DNA of 64,000 bases from the IMG/VR virus record IMGVR_UViG_3300021961_000019; one strand, given 5' to 3'. Position numbers and translations under genes: made by a program. Origin of the DNA: a virus. The number at the start of each line of letters is the position of its first letter. Within the stretch, counting starts at the first letter, position 1. Shown in pieces: positions 6,269 to 15,262 of this stretch. The notes below the pieces were generated by a model that was given only the letters and a program-made list of their open reading frames with translations, was not told the DNA's origin and made no database searches.

Positions 6269-6343
6269 GGGGGCATCTGGGATTCGAACCCAGGACTAAC
6301 CGATTAAGAGTCGGATACTCTGACCTGACTGAGTTAATGCCCC
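6269..6343 (-). tRNA. trnK: tRNA-Lys(CTT)
   Basis: Loop CTCTTAA, acceptor GGGGCAT/ATGCCCC. Confidence 0.88.
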
Positions 6344-6346
6344 TTA

Positions 6347-6419
6347 TGGGTCTGGTGGGACTCGAACCCACGATCCACCGGTTAAAAGCCGGGTGCGCTC
6401 GCCGCTTAGCTACAGACCC
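6347..6419 (-). tRNA. trnK: tRNA-Lys(TTT)
   Basis: Loop CTTTTAA, A73. Confidence 0.92.
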
Positions 6420-6467
6420 AATAAAGGTTTAAATTTTCAAGGTTCAATCAAAAACTATCACAGGCAA

Positions 6468-6502
6468 CAAAAAAGGGGAGGAAACCTTAGTTTCTCTCCC
6501 CT
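6468..6502 (-). terminator. Intrinsic terminator after 35-aa micro-ORF
   Basis: AGGGGAG...CTCCCCT stem followed by a T run. Confidence 0.7.
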
Positions 6503-6526
6503 GTTCTTGCTTTTATGGATTACATG

Positions 6527-6634
6527 TTACATGTGTTTATCCATACCCGCAAACAGGGGAGCTCCCTCAATATGCTGCCAGGTGCGGCCGCAATCGAGAT
6601 TGCTAAACTTAATTGTGAGCATTGGATAAGACAT
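6527..6634 (-). CDS. 35-aa microprotein with its own late promoter
   Basis: MSYPMLTIKFSNLDCGRTWQHIEGAPLFAGMDKHM; TATAAATA at 6655-6662; terminator downstream. Confidence 0.55.
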   Translation of the reverse strand: MSYPMLTIKFSNLDCGRTWQHIEGAPLFAGMDKHM

Positions 6635-6719
6635 TGTTTTCGACCTAAGTGTTTTATTTATAGGGTTTTAATTTTTGCGTTACAAAAATTAACAGGAGCA
6701 ATCAATCAAGATTGCTAAG

Positions 6720-6793
6720 CACCCCAGGTAGGATTCGAACCTACGACTCACGCTTTAGAAGAGCGTTACTCTATTCCACTGAGTTACTGAGGC
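6720..6793 (-). tRNA. trnR: tRNA-Arg(TCT)
   Basis: ACGCT CTTCTAA AGCGT. Confidence 0.93.
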
Positions 6794-6864
6794 ATATATG
6801 TTTTGGGAATTGACCAACCGATTTAAGTCTTACGACGTGTGGTGGTCAGTTCCCTCACTCTTTA

Positions 6865-6893
6865 ATAATACACGGTTTTGGGGATCCGGTCAA
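6865..6893 (-). promoter_or_regulatory. sigma70-type promoter at head of main tRNA array
   Basis: TTGACC-17nt-TATTAT with GACASTT-N4-AASTGTC palindrome at 6901-6920. Confidence 0.7.
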
Positions 6894-6895
6894 CC

Positions 6896-7363
6896 CTAGT
6901 GGACAGTTTCTGAAGTGTCACCCAGGTGGTCAACGAACAGAATTCCGTTCAAATGATCAACCTCGTGCTGAATGATCCTTGCCGTAAGATCATTATACAC
7001 CTCAAAGCAGGGTTTGCCTTTCATGTTACGATATTTTACATGAACTTGATTTGATCTTAACACGGCACCGAATGTATTGGGACAACTCAAACATCCCTCC
7101 TCCATCAATTGAGTATCTTCACTCAACTTAGTGATTTCCGGATTAATCATCACAATCTCAGTATCGCGATGTTTTACTACAATAATTCTCTTGGAAATTC
7201 CCACCTGTGGGGCAGCAATTCCAATTCCTTGATATTTATTCATGACTTCAATCATCTTGAAGCACAAAACTCTAGTGACATCATCAATCTTAGCCACTCT
7301 GGGAGCGACTCTTCTCAAGACCTTCGATCCTACTGTTTGAAGTTCCATGACCCTATCGACCAA
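6896..7363 (-). CDS. def: Peptide deformylase
   Basis: GIGIAAPQVG, EGCLS and QHEVDHLNG signature motifs. Confidence 0.95.
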   Translation of the reverse strand: MVDRVMELQTVGSKVLRRVAPRVAKIDDVTRVLCFKMIEVMNKYQGIGIAAPQVGISKRIIVVKHRDTEIVMINPEITKLSEDTQLMEEGCLSCPNTFGAVLRSNQVHVKYRNMKGKPCFEVYNDLTARIIQHEVDHLNGILFVDHLGDTSETVH

Positions 7364-7374
7364 TTTTTCCTATT

Positions 7375-7890
7375 CTACTTATCGTCTGAGGATTGTCTGC
7401 TTTTTTGTAATATTTCTTTTTGTATTGGGGTGCCAACACTTTCGATCATATTCTCATTACTGAATGCCCACTTTCTGAGGTTAGGATCTAAAATTTCCTT
7501 CTTTTCTTCAACATACCAAGGAGCACGTATTCCAATTGCATCTCCAAGTTGATATGCCTTTGGTGCAAATTGGTCTGGTGCTTGGGGGCCCATCTCAAGA
7601 CTTCTTCTATACTCATTTAAAGCATAAGTTACATCAGACTTAACTCTATAATCTAATAATTCTTTATCTTCAATAAATCTTCGATTTAAATTCTCTTTAA
7701 CTTCAGTAAATACGGGATCCTCGTCAGGCAATTCTAAATTAATCAATCGTCTAATCTCATCATAAATTTGATAAATTAACTTATCTTCAATTACAATATT
7801 CTGCTTGGCAAGGCTAAAAAGAATCCACCCAATCAGAGATCCAATGATCATGGCAGGAATAGTCCTACGTCCAAATAAGTTAATTCTCAT
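7375..7890 (-). CDS. 171-aa hypothetical protein with N-terminal TM segment
   Basis: ORF track; shares LDYR..SDV..A..EY with its neighbour. Confidence 0.75.
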   Translation of the reverse strand: MRINLFGRRTIPAMIIGSLIGWILFSLAKQNIVIEDKLIYQIYDEIRRLINLELPDEDPVFTEVKENLNRRFIEDKELLDYRVKSDVTYALNEYRRSLEMGPQAPDQFAPKAYQLGDAIGIRAPWYVEEKKEILDPNLRKWAFSNENMIESVGTPIQKEILQKSRQSSDDK

Positions 7891-8285
7891 TTTACTTTAA
7901 ATTTGTCAAGTTCGGGAGGATCGCCAAGATATACTCTATTTTTTAACAAAAAATATGATACTTCATACTCAGAGATTGCTTGATCAACATCAGATGAGAT
8001 CCGATAATCTAAAAATTCCTGATGCTTGATTATATAGTCGTTTAAAACTTCAATTCCATATTGCCTTTGTATTCGATCTATAATGATCACCAAATCCCTT
8101 TTATTTACCCAAGGGAGTAATGTAATTATGTCAATTAGTCCCTCAAATATAACTCCAAACTTAACATAATGAAATATATCTCTTGGTTGCTCTCCTCTCT
8201 CAATATGCAAGATATTGTGCTCAGGATTCTTTTTTCTTTTTACGATCTTCTCTAAGAGATCTTTCATATTCCTCCAGGGCAGCAT
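7887..8285 (-). CDS. 132-aa hypothetical protein, partial paralogue of 7375-7890
   Basis: FLDYRISSDVDQAISEY motif. Confidence 0.7.
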   Translation of the reverse strand: MLPWRNMKDLLEKIVKRKKNPEHNILHIERGEQPRDIFHYVKFGVIFEGLIDIITLLPWVNKRDLVIIIDRIQRQYGIEVLNDYIIKHQEFLDYRISSDVDQAISEYEVSYFLLKNRVYLGDPPELDKFKVK

Positions 8286-8583
8286 CTACCAGATCCTTTG
8301 GATCCCGTTCTTTCACATCCGTATCCGATAATTCTATGTTTATTTTTGGGACTACCTCACTAGTTTCATAATCATATTGAACTTCCAATCCCAAAGGAAC
8401 TTTATCATGATTTATAGCAAAAGTATCAATATTCTCCAATCCAACAGAAAATTGACCAAGTTCAACTTCTGGATTAATTAGTTCCGTCTCTATAGAAATA
8501 TCTGCACTCGTTGCTGCCGTTCTTTTTATTGGTTCAAAAAAATTATCATATGGAGTTTCTTTTTGTTTAGACTTCTTATCCAT
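8221..8583 (-). CDS. 120-aa acidic hypothetical late protein
   Basis: ORF track; TATAAATA at 8636-8643. Confidence 0.7.
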   Translation of the reverse strand: MDKKSKQKETPYDNFFEPIKRTAATSADISIETELINPEVELGQFSVGLENIDTFAINHDKVPLGLEVQYDYETSEVVPKINIELSDTDVKERDPKDLVDAALEEYERSLREDRKKKKES

Positions 8584-8606
8584 CAGTATAAGTTTTTATT
8601 CCTACT

Positions 8607-8632
8607 AAAAAGGTGGGAGTTTCCCCCCACCT
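8607..8632 (-). terminator. Intrinsic terminator after lysozyme gene
   Basis: AGGTGGG-GGGAAACT-CCCACCT followed by TTT. Confidence 0.65.
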
Positions 8633-8652
8633 CGGTATTTATAATATTTCAA

Positions 8653-9495
8653 CTACCATTTTTTCATTAATGGATTTGGTGTTTTTGGTTTAATAGTATT
8701 CACCACTTTAGGAACCTCACTTACATCAACTGAATCTCCATTTTCATTAACCACTTCAGTTGCGGTATAAAGACGATTCAAATAACCATTTGAATAATGA
8801 GTGCGAGCACCGTGGATTCCCCAACCCAACCATGTGTATGCATGTCTCATATATCCATTTACAGATTTACCACCTGCCTTCAAAGCAGGTTCAATACTTC
8901 TCCACTGTGGCTCTGTGACCATGTAGCGAAGTTGAGTATCAATATGTGAAGGATTTCCACCATAACGACTTGCGAAATTTCCCAACCCGCGATAACGATT
9001 AGAGGAAGTCCACTGAATAATTCCATAACCACCAGAGTGGCAGCTGCCATATGAAATTCTGGCACCACCTTCACAGATATTGGAAACAAACATGGACTCT
9101 TGCTTGATGTTGCCCATAACAGTAGCAAGGGCATGACGATCAGTGATTCCACGTTGCTGCAAGAAATCAAGAGTCTTTTGCTCATTAGCATTACAACCCT
9201 TACATGCTATTCTAGTAACAGTTTTAGGTTCTGCCAAAACTTCTTTGGCAGTCTCTAGCACACTCTTCACGCTAGTTTTTTCACCTTCGACCTTTACTGT
9301 ATTTGTCTTTGCAGATCCCATATTACGGAGTTCTGCAATTGTTTCTGCGATTGATTGTTTTTTCTGAACCACCACCGGGGTGGAGGGTTCACCTTCTGGA
9401 GCGACTTGGGCATATGTTGTACCCATTGTTGAAGTTGTAATCGCACCACCTAGAACGGTGGTCGCCAACAAAATGTTTGCGTATTTAAAAAGCAT
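8653..9495 (-). CDS. Phage tail-type lysozyme / cell-wall hydrolase with signal-like N-terminus
   Basis: GITD..ALATVMGNIKQES and GYGIIQWT motifs typical of the phage tail lysozyme family. Confidence 0.8.
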   Translation of the reverse strand: MLFKYANILLATTVLGGAITTSTMGTTYAQVAPEGEPSTPVVVQKKQSIAETIAELRNMGSAKTNTVKVEGEKTSVKSVLETAKEVLAEPKTVTRIACKGCNANEQKTLDFLQQRGITDRHALATVMGNIKQESMFVSNICEGGARISYGSCHSGGYGIIQWTSSNRYRGLGNFASRYGGNPSHIDTQLRYMVTEPQWRSIEPALKAGGKSVNGYMRHAYTWLGWGIHGARTHYSNGYLNRLYTATEVVNENGDSVDVSEVPKVVNTIKPKTPNPLMKKW

Positions 9496-9593
9496 AGTAG
9501 TTTCCTAGAACTCGACATCCGTTTGTAAGTGCAACCCCTCATTTCAGAGGAACTATACCCACGGCACATTTTTAAAAGTAGAAAAAATGTAAA

Positions 9594-9620
9594 CAAAAAA
9601 AGGGGGAAGAGTCCTACCCC
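9594..9620 (-). terminator. Intrinsic terminator
   Basis: GGGGG-TAGGACTCTT-CCCCC followed by TTTTTTT. Confidence 0.7.
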
Positions 9621-9649
9621 CACTAAAGCATTATGTATTACATTACTAT

Positions 9650-9994
9650 TTATGTGTTTTCATACAGGTTTTGAATGTAATCATTGTCAATACATAAATA
9701 CTCAAGATCTGAGTGTCCATCATATTCAAGCCACTCACGAAATTCATCTTCAATGGCAATGGCATTAGCATTATCACTATGTACTTGATGACGATCTTGA
9801 ACGATCTCGCCAATTCTTGATACTGCCCAATCCCTCACATAACTGCAGATGTGACCATCATACGACTGAGAATCGTAAAGATCATAATCAACATCGTTCA
9901 TAACATTCTCTTGAGTGTTCCCCATCACTATAGCAGGTTTTGGTGTGAATGCAAGCAACATGTCAAGAAACCTTAACACAAATACGAAAAACAT
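9650..9994 (-). CDS. Acidic hypothetical protein (true start probably internal)
   Basis: ORF track; C-terminal part is protein-like. Confidence 0.6.
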   Translation of the reverse strand: MFFVFVLRFLDMLLAFTPKPAIVMGNTQENVMNDVDYDLYDSQSYDGHICSYVRDWAVSRIGEIVQDRHQVHSDNANAIAIEDEFREWLEYDGHSDLEYLCIDNDYIQNLYENT

Positions 9995-10005
9995 AAGAAT
10001 TACAA

Positions 10006-10440
10006 ATGAATTGGCAATACAACGGAACAGATTATGAAGGCCCGACCAAAGCTTTGGAAGGATTTGTATACCTAATTACCAACAAAACTAATGGAAAGAA
10101 GTATGTAGGTAAAAAAAATTTTTGGACCCGAAGAAAGGATCCAAAAACTGGAAGAAGAAAAACTAAAGAGGGTGCTTGGAAATCTTACTACGGTTCCTGT
10201 GACGAACTAAAAGATGACGTAAAATCCTTGGGTCCAGACAATTTCATCCGGGAAATTCTATATCTTTGCCCACACAAAAAATCTATGTCATACTATGAGA
10301 CATATGAGCAATTCAGAAGAAATGTCATAATGGATGAAACATATTACAACACAAATATTGAAGGAAAATACTTTTCCAGCGAATGCCTATCGATCTACGG
10401 AATCGTCTCCATTAATGAATCTCTCACACTTCCCGTTTAG
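10006..10440 (+). CDS. GIY-YIG family endonuclease (endonuclease II-like)
   Basis: GFVYLITNKTNGKKYVGKK...YYGS...F.REIL motif. Confidence 0.85.
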   Translation: MNWQYNGTDYEGPTKALEGFVYLITNKTNGKKYVGKKNFWTRRKDPKTGRRKTKEGAWKSYYGSCDELKDDVKSLGPDNFIREILYLCPHKKSMSYYETYEQFRRNVIMDETYYNTNIEGKYFSSECLSIYGIVSINESLTLPV

Positions 10441-10560
10441 GCAAATACAAGCACGTGCTGAGCGGAGATATACTGCCCTCAATACCATTCTACTGAGATT
10501 GTATAAGATAAATCCAACTAAAGACAATTTAACTAGAATTTGAAAAACTATATTTTCCAT
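10387..10560 (-). CDS. 57-aa small membrane protein
   Basis: MENIVFQILVKLSLVGFILYNLSR...CICLNGKC. Confidence 0.45.
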   Translation of the reverse strand: MENIVFQILVKLSLVGFILYNLSRMVLRAVYLRSARACICLNGKCERFINGDDSVDR

Positions 10561-10561
10561 A

Positions 10562-10783
10562 TTATCCGCCCGCACAATCTATGTTATAGGACTCATAATA
10601 ATCATAGTCCCCCCCAAACATAAAATCATCCCATTCTGCTGCTTCCCGATAAGCATCCAAACAAACATCTTCACTATCAGCAACAGGAGGTGTGGGAGTC
10701 AATGGTTCAATTGCATCCATTTCTTTCCACACTCTAGCAAATTCATCAAAGTTTAAATCCTGCGAAGGTTGATTCTGTGACAT
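10562..10783 (-). CDS. 73-aa acidic hypothetical protein
   Basis: Internal ATG (MSQNQPSQDLNFDEF) downstream of nrdB. Confidence 0.6.
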   Translation of the reverse strand: MSQNQPSQDLNFDEFARVWKEMDAIEPLTPTPPVADSEDVCLDAYREAAEWDDFMFGGDYDYYESYNIDCAGG

Positions 10784-11927
10784 CCTGTTTAATTCCTCCA
10801 ACGATGTAAGATTCCACTTCCGTTTCTTGAGGTGCAACTTGCAAACCTTTTGATGAAATCCAATGCTCAGTCCACGGAAGTGGATTGTTTTTTGCGACAA
10901 TATCATAAACTGGTTTGAGACCAATCGCTTTCAATCTACGATTAGCAATCCACTCAACATATTGCTGAAGGAGTTTGTCATTCAACCCAATCATACTACC
11001 ATCTTTGAAAAGATAGTCGGCCCAAACCTTTTCTTCGTTCACTGCCCTATCAAACATAGCATACACCCAATCCTGCTCTTCCTTAGCAATTTTCTGCATT
11101 TCCGGATCATCACCGTCGCGCCACTTATTCAAGATATTTTGAGTAAGTGCTAGGTGTTGGTTTTCGTCTCTCGCGATGAGAGAGATGATTTTAGCTGATC
11201 CTTCCATAAGCTTAAGTTCACCAAAGGCGAAACTGCAAGCAAAACTAACGTAAAAGCGAATACCTTCAAGAATATTAACGTTTGCGACTGCTCTGTATAG
11301 TTTTCGTTTAACATCGGTGAGTGATTCCTGTGCGTAATGTACTCCTTCAAGGCGATGACGCCAAGCATCCGATGTACCGTACATGTGTGCAGAATTGATG
11401 AAATCATCATAGGATTCTGTTACGCTTTTTGAACGCTCCAGAATTCTTTCATCCTCAATAATCGTATCAAAAACATCAGATGGATCTGAATAAACATTTT
11501 TGATAATATATGTATATGAACGACTATGGATCATTTCCATAAATCCCCACACTTCCATACATGCCTCCAATTCAGGAAGAGAGCAATATGGAATAAACGC
11601 CATTCCAGGACCGCGACCCTGAACGGAATCCAACATAATCTGATATTTAAGATTTGAAGTATAGATATGCTTCTGCTCGGGACGAAGAGTTTGATAATCT
11701 CCACGATCTTTTTGCAAGGACACTTCTTCCGGTCTCCAAAAGTATCCAAGTTGTTGAGTTGTAAGTTTCTCAAAAATTGGATACTTGTAAGAATCATATC
11801 TTTGTACACCTAAAGGTTGCCCAAAAAACATAGGTTGCTTTTTGGTATTGACTTTATTTCGATTAAAAACGGTCATCCCTTCGGGCATACTTACTCCTTT
11901 ATCTACAGATTCATTAAATTTATTCAT
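10746..11927 (-). CDS. nrdB: Ribonucleotide reductase class Ia beta subunit
   Basis: YFWRPEEVSL, EMIHSRSY, LEGIRFYVSF, IARDENQH, QVAPQETEVESY. Confidence 0.97.
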   Translation of the reverse strand: MNKFNESVDKGVSMPEGMTVFNRNKVNTKKQPMFFGQPLGVQRYDSYKYPIFEKLTTQQLGYFWRPEEVSLQKDRGDYQTLRPEQKHIYTSNLKYQIMLDSVQGRGPGMAFIPYCSLPELEACMEVWGFMEMIHSRSYTYIIKNVYSDPSDVFDTIIEDERILERSKSVTESYDDFINSAHMYGTSDAWRHRLEGVHYAQESLTDVKRKLYRAVANVNILEGIRFYVSFACSFAFGELKLMEGSAKIISLIARDENQHLALTQNILNKWRDGDDPEMQKIAKEEQDWVYAMFDRAVNEEKVWADYLFKDGSMIGLNDKLLQQYVEWIANRRLKAIGLKPVYDIVAKNNPLPWTEHWISSKGLQVAPQETEVESYIVGGIKQDVTESTFAGFKL

Positions 11928-11981
11928 TTCACAAAAGCATGGCAGAGAATAATTTCATCAAATATAATCTTATTTAACAAG

Positions 11982-14288
11982 TTAGATTTTGCAACTTTCA
12001 CACTCCTCTTCAGAGTCCTCAAGAATAGAATTGAGCAGACAATCAAGTTCAACTGTCCTAGAAATATTCTCCTCAACTACATCACTCTTCAGATCATAAG
12101 TGTTCTGATAGTAAGAGGTTTTCCATCCATACTTATAAGTTGTCAGAAGATCTGTTGCCATCACCGAGACCGGGACTTCGTTGTTTGAATAGTTTTCTGG
12201 ATTGTAACTCCAGTTTCCGGAGATTGCTTGATCGAAGAACTTTTGCAATACTGCAACAACGTTGATGTACCCAGTATTGTTAGGCATATCCCAAAGAAGA
12301 GTGTAATTGTTCTTAAGGGATCCATACTGAGGAACAATCTGTTTAAGGGGGCCCTTCTTGCTCTTCTTAATGGACAAGTAATCTCTAGGTGGTTCAATTC
12401 CGTTTGTTGCGTTTGACACAACGGAACTGCTCTCAGAAGGCATTTGTGCGGACAACGTGCTATGTCGCAATCCATATGTTTGAATGTCGGATCGTAATGT
12501 TTCCCAATCATGTTGATAAGCAATCGAAGAAATGTCGTCTACCTCTTTTTTGTAAGTATCAATTGGAAGAATGCCATCCGCATACTTGGTTCTACCGAAG
12601 GATGAACAATGACCCTTCTCCTGTGCCAACTGATTAGATGCTTTCAAGAGGTAATACTGGAATGATTCTGCAAGACCGTGAGCAGCGTCCCATGCCTCCT
12701 GAGAGTCGTATTTGAACCCCAGTCTGGCAAGATAATGGGCAAGACCGATGAACCCCACTCCAAGCGATCTACGTGCCTTTGTGGCGTTCTCTGCTGCCTT
12801 GACGGGATAGTGTTGATAATCGATCAGCTCATCCAAAGAACGGACAGAAAGATCGCAAAGTTCTTCCAACTCATCATCAGACTTTACCTTGCCAACATTT
12901 ACTGCAGACAGAATGCACAGGGCGATCTCACCCACAATATCATCAATATGTTGGAGGGGATCTGTTGGGAGGGTAATCTCTTGGCAGAGATTGCTCATAT
13001 TTACCTTGTCCTTAAATGATGAGTGAGAATTGCAATGGTCAATATTCATGATATAAATTCGACCAGTTTCAGCCCTCTCCTTCAGTAGATCAAGGATTAG
13101 ATCTTGTGCCTTTAAAGATTTCTTGGGGATCTCTTCGCAGGTCTCATAATACTCATAAAGTTCATCAAATCTATCAGTTCCAAATGATTCATACAGACCA
13201 GGAACATCATGCGGACTAAAGAGAGTAATGTTGCCACCAGAAATAAATCTCTCATAGAAGATTTTGCTGAGTTGAATTGAATAGTCCAACTTACGAACAC
13301 GATTATCTTCAGTTCCCTTGTTGTTCTTAAGAACAAGAATGTCTTCTATTTCTTGGTGCCAGATTGGGAAGTGGACTGTCGCGGATCCACCTCGTATGCC
13401 ATTTTGCGTGCAACATCTGACAGTTGCTTCAAACTTCTTGAGAAATGGTACAACACCTGTGTGTTGAACTTCTCCCCCTCTGATTTTACTGTTGATGCCA
13501 CGGATGCGACCAGCGTTGATGCCGATCCCCGCCCTCTGTGCAACGTATCTGCCAATAGCCATATCAGAGCTAAAGATAGAATCGAGGGTGTCATCAACAT
13601 CAACAAGAACACAACTAGCAAATTGTCTAATTGGTGTTCTAACCCCTGCCATGATTGGGGTTGGGATGTTGATTTTGTGTTTGGAGATTGCGTCATAATA
13701 TCGTCTCACATAGGACATTCGGGTTTCTTTTGGATACTCTGCAAAGATTGTCAGAGCAATCATCATGTACATGAATTGTGGAGTTTCAAATACTCTACCA
13801 CTGCTTCTATCTTGCACGAGGTACTTATCAACGACCTGGCGTAAACCTGCATAAGTGAATAAGAAGTCACGATTATGATCAATATACGAATCAGCTCGCT
13901 CAATCTCTTCTTTAGAGTATTTTGTGAAAATTTCATGATCGTATAGTTGCTGCTGAACACATTGGACAATATGCACCTCCAGAGAAGGAAGTTCTTTCAT
14001 TCTTCCATATAGAGACTTTCTCAGAGAAAATAGAAGAAGTCTTGCCGCAACAAATTGATAATTTGGATGCTCCAGATCAATCAGATCACTAGCAGAGCGA
14101 ATCAAAATCTCTTGAATCTCAGCGGTTGTGATTCCATCATAAAATTGAATACCTGAAGTCATTTCAACCTGACTTGCAGACACTCCAGAAAGACCTTGAC
14201 AGGCGGCATCCACCATCAGATGCATCTTTTCAAGATTGATGGGTTCGATAGAACCATTCCTTTTAAGTACCTTTAATCCGTTGCTCAT
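11982..14288 (-). CDS. nrdA: Ribonucleotide reductase class Ia alpha subunit
   Basis: N-terminal ATP-cone, QFASCVL, SNLCQEI, SAQMPSESSS, C-terminal CESCKI. Confidence 0.97.
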   Translation of the reverse strand: MSNGLKVLKRNGSIEPINLEKMHLMVDAACQGLSGVSASQVEMTSGIQFYDGITTAEIQEILIRSASDLIDLEHPNYQFVAARLLLFSLRKSLYGRMKELPSLEVHIVQCVQQQLYDHEIFTKYSKEEIERADSYIDHNRDFLFTYAGLRQVVDKYLVQDRSSGRVFETPQFMYMMIALTIFAEYPKETRMSYVRRYYDAISKHKINIPTPIMAGVRTPIRQFASCVLVDVDDTLDSIFSSDMAIGRYVAQRAGIGINAGRIRGINSKIRGGEVQHTGVVPFLKKFEATVRCCTQNGIRGGSATVHFPIWHQEIEDILVLKNNKGTEDNRVRKLDYSIQLSKIFYERFISGGNITLFSPHDVPGLYESFGTDRFDELYEYYETCEEIPKKSLKAQDLILDLLKERAETGRIYIMNIDHCNSHSSFKDKVNMSNLCQEITLPTDPLQHIDDIVGEIALCILSAVNVGKVKSDDELEELCDLSVRSLDELIDYQHYPVKAAENATKARRSLGVGFIGLAHYLARLGFKYDSQEAWDAAHGLAESFQYYLLKASNQLAQEKGHCSSFGRTKYADGILPIDTYKKEVDDISSIAYQHDWETLRSDIQTYGLRHSTLSAQMPSESSSVVSNATNGIEPPRDYLSIKKSKKGPLKQIVPQYGSLKNNYTLLWDMPNNTGYINVVAVLQKFFDQAISGNWSYNPENYSNNEVPVSVMATDLLTTYKYGWKTSYYQNTYDLKSDVVEENISRTVELDCLLNSILEDSEEECESCKI

Positions 14289-15262
14289 ATCCGTTTCCAA
14301 TGTGTGAACTTTACTCTTGCCTCTAAACCCTGATATACGTTTGATTCTACAATATCTTGAACATTATGTCCAGCAAGAACCATGTCATTGATGTCTTTCT
14401 CAACAATAGATGATGGCCAGATCACGACCTTATCTCCTCTGTCGATTGCTTTGGAGATTCTTGCGGTGATGTCTCTACTGCGCGGTTCGTTATCAAAAAC
14501 ATAAATATAATCGCTCCAATCAAACGACCCAAGATCGATATCGGCCCCGCACATAGCAACGCTATTTTTAATAAAGGTCGAGTCGAACGGTCCTTCGATG
14601 ATGTAGATGGGAGAGCGAACATCCACCTGATCGAATCCATAAATTTTTGGCGCATCGTCTTCAAGCATTATAGTAATGTATTTAACCTTGGAAGACTTTT
14701 CTAAAGATCTTCCTTGCAACCCGATTAGTCGGTCTTTATATATTAAAGGAATAACGATCCTTGGTTCGTCATATTCCACGTTGCTAAAGACGTGATTGAG
14801 TGTATTAACCCATGCTTTGAACTTATCGGTGTAATAAAATTTATCTGGATTTAGTTTTCTACTTTCCAGAAATGTTTTGGATTGATAATTTGTAGACGCC
14901 TTAGGCAAATCCAAAACAACCTTCTTCTTAAAGACAGGTTTTTCAAATTCAAAATCCGGCTTCTCTGCAGTAAAATTTCTCCCGGTATGTCCTTCTTTGA
15001 ATTTCTCAAAGACATACTCCTTATGCATCGTAATGTCTAACTGCTTAAGAAAATTGTTGAAAGAAATATTCAACCCGCAGTTATGGCATTTATAGTTTGT
15101 ATTATTTTTTACTTGGTAGAGATATCCTCTTGCTTTATTCTTATTCTTCTGAGAATCGCCGCACAAGGGGCATCTAAAGTTAAAAAGGTCATTCTTCACC
15201 CTTTTAAACTTTTGAAGTCTTGAAGAAACAAGATTGATGTATTTCACATCAATAAAATCCAT
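14285..15262 (-). CDS. gp61: DNA primase (T4 gp61-like)
   Basis: Zinc ribbon CPLCGDS...CHNC, TOPRIM IIEGPFDS and FDNEPR. Confidence 0.95.
   Translation of the reverse strand: MDFIDVKYINLVSSRLQKFKRVKNDLFNFRCPLCGDSQKNKNKARGYLYQVKNNTNYKCHNCGLNISFNNFLKQLDITMHKEYVFEKFKEGHTGRNFTAEKPDFEFEKPVFKKKVVLDLPKASTNYQSKTFLESRKLNPDKFYYTDKFKAWVNTLNHVFSNVEYDEPRIVIPLIYKDRLIGLQGRSLEKSSKVKYITIMLEDDAPKIYGFDQVDVRSPIYIIEGPFDSTFIKNSVAMCGADIDLGSFDWSDYIYVFDNEPRSRDITARISKAIDRGDKVVIWPSSIVEKDINDMVLAGHNVQDIVESNVYQGLEARVKFTHWKRI

Noticed and set aside
4981-6419. Regularly spaced ggattcgaacc-like repeats resembling a CRISPR array
   Set aside because: These are the T-loops of tandem tRNAs; each unit folds into a cloverleaf, and there are no cas genes
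118-6718. ORF-track entries overlapping tRNAs (118-336, 3400-3702, 5876-6214, 6186-6371, 6208-6432, 6393-6629)
   Set aside because: They are chance reading frames through RNA genes
1-6793. Suppressor tRNA or stop-codon recoding
   Set aside because: No CTA, TCA or TTA anticodon was found, and core genes end normally at TAA, TGA and TAG
9693-9700. Plus-strand CATAAATA as promoter for the GIY-YIG gene
   Set aside because: It lies 300 nt upstream inside an AT-rich ORF and cannot be distinguished from chance
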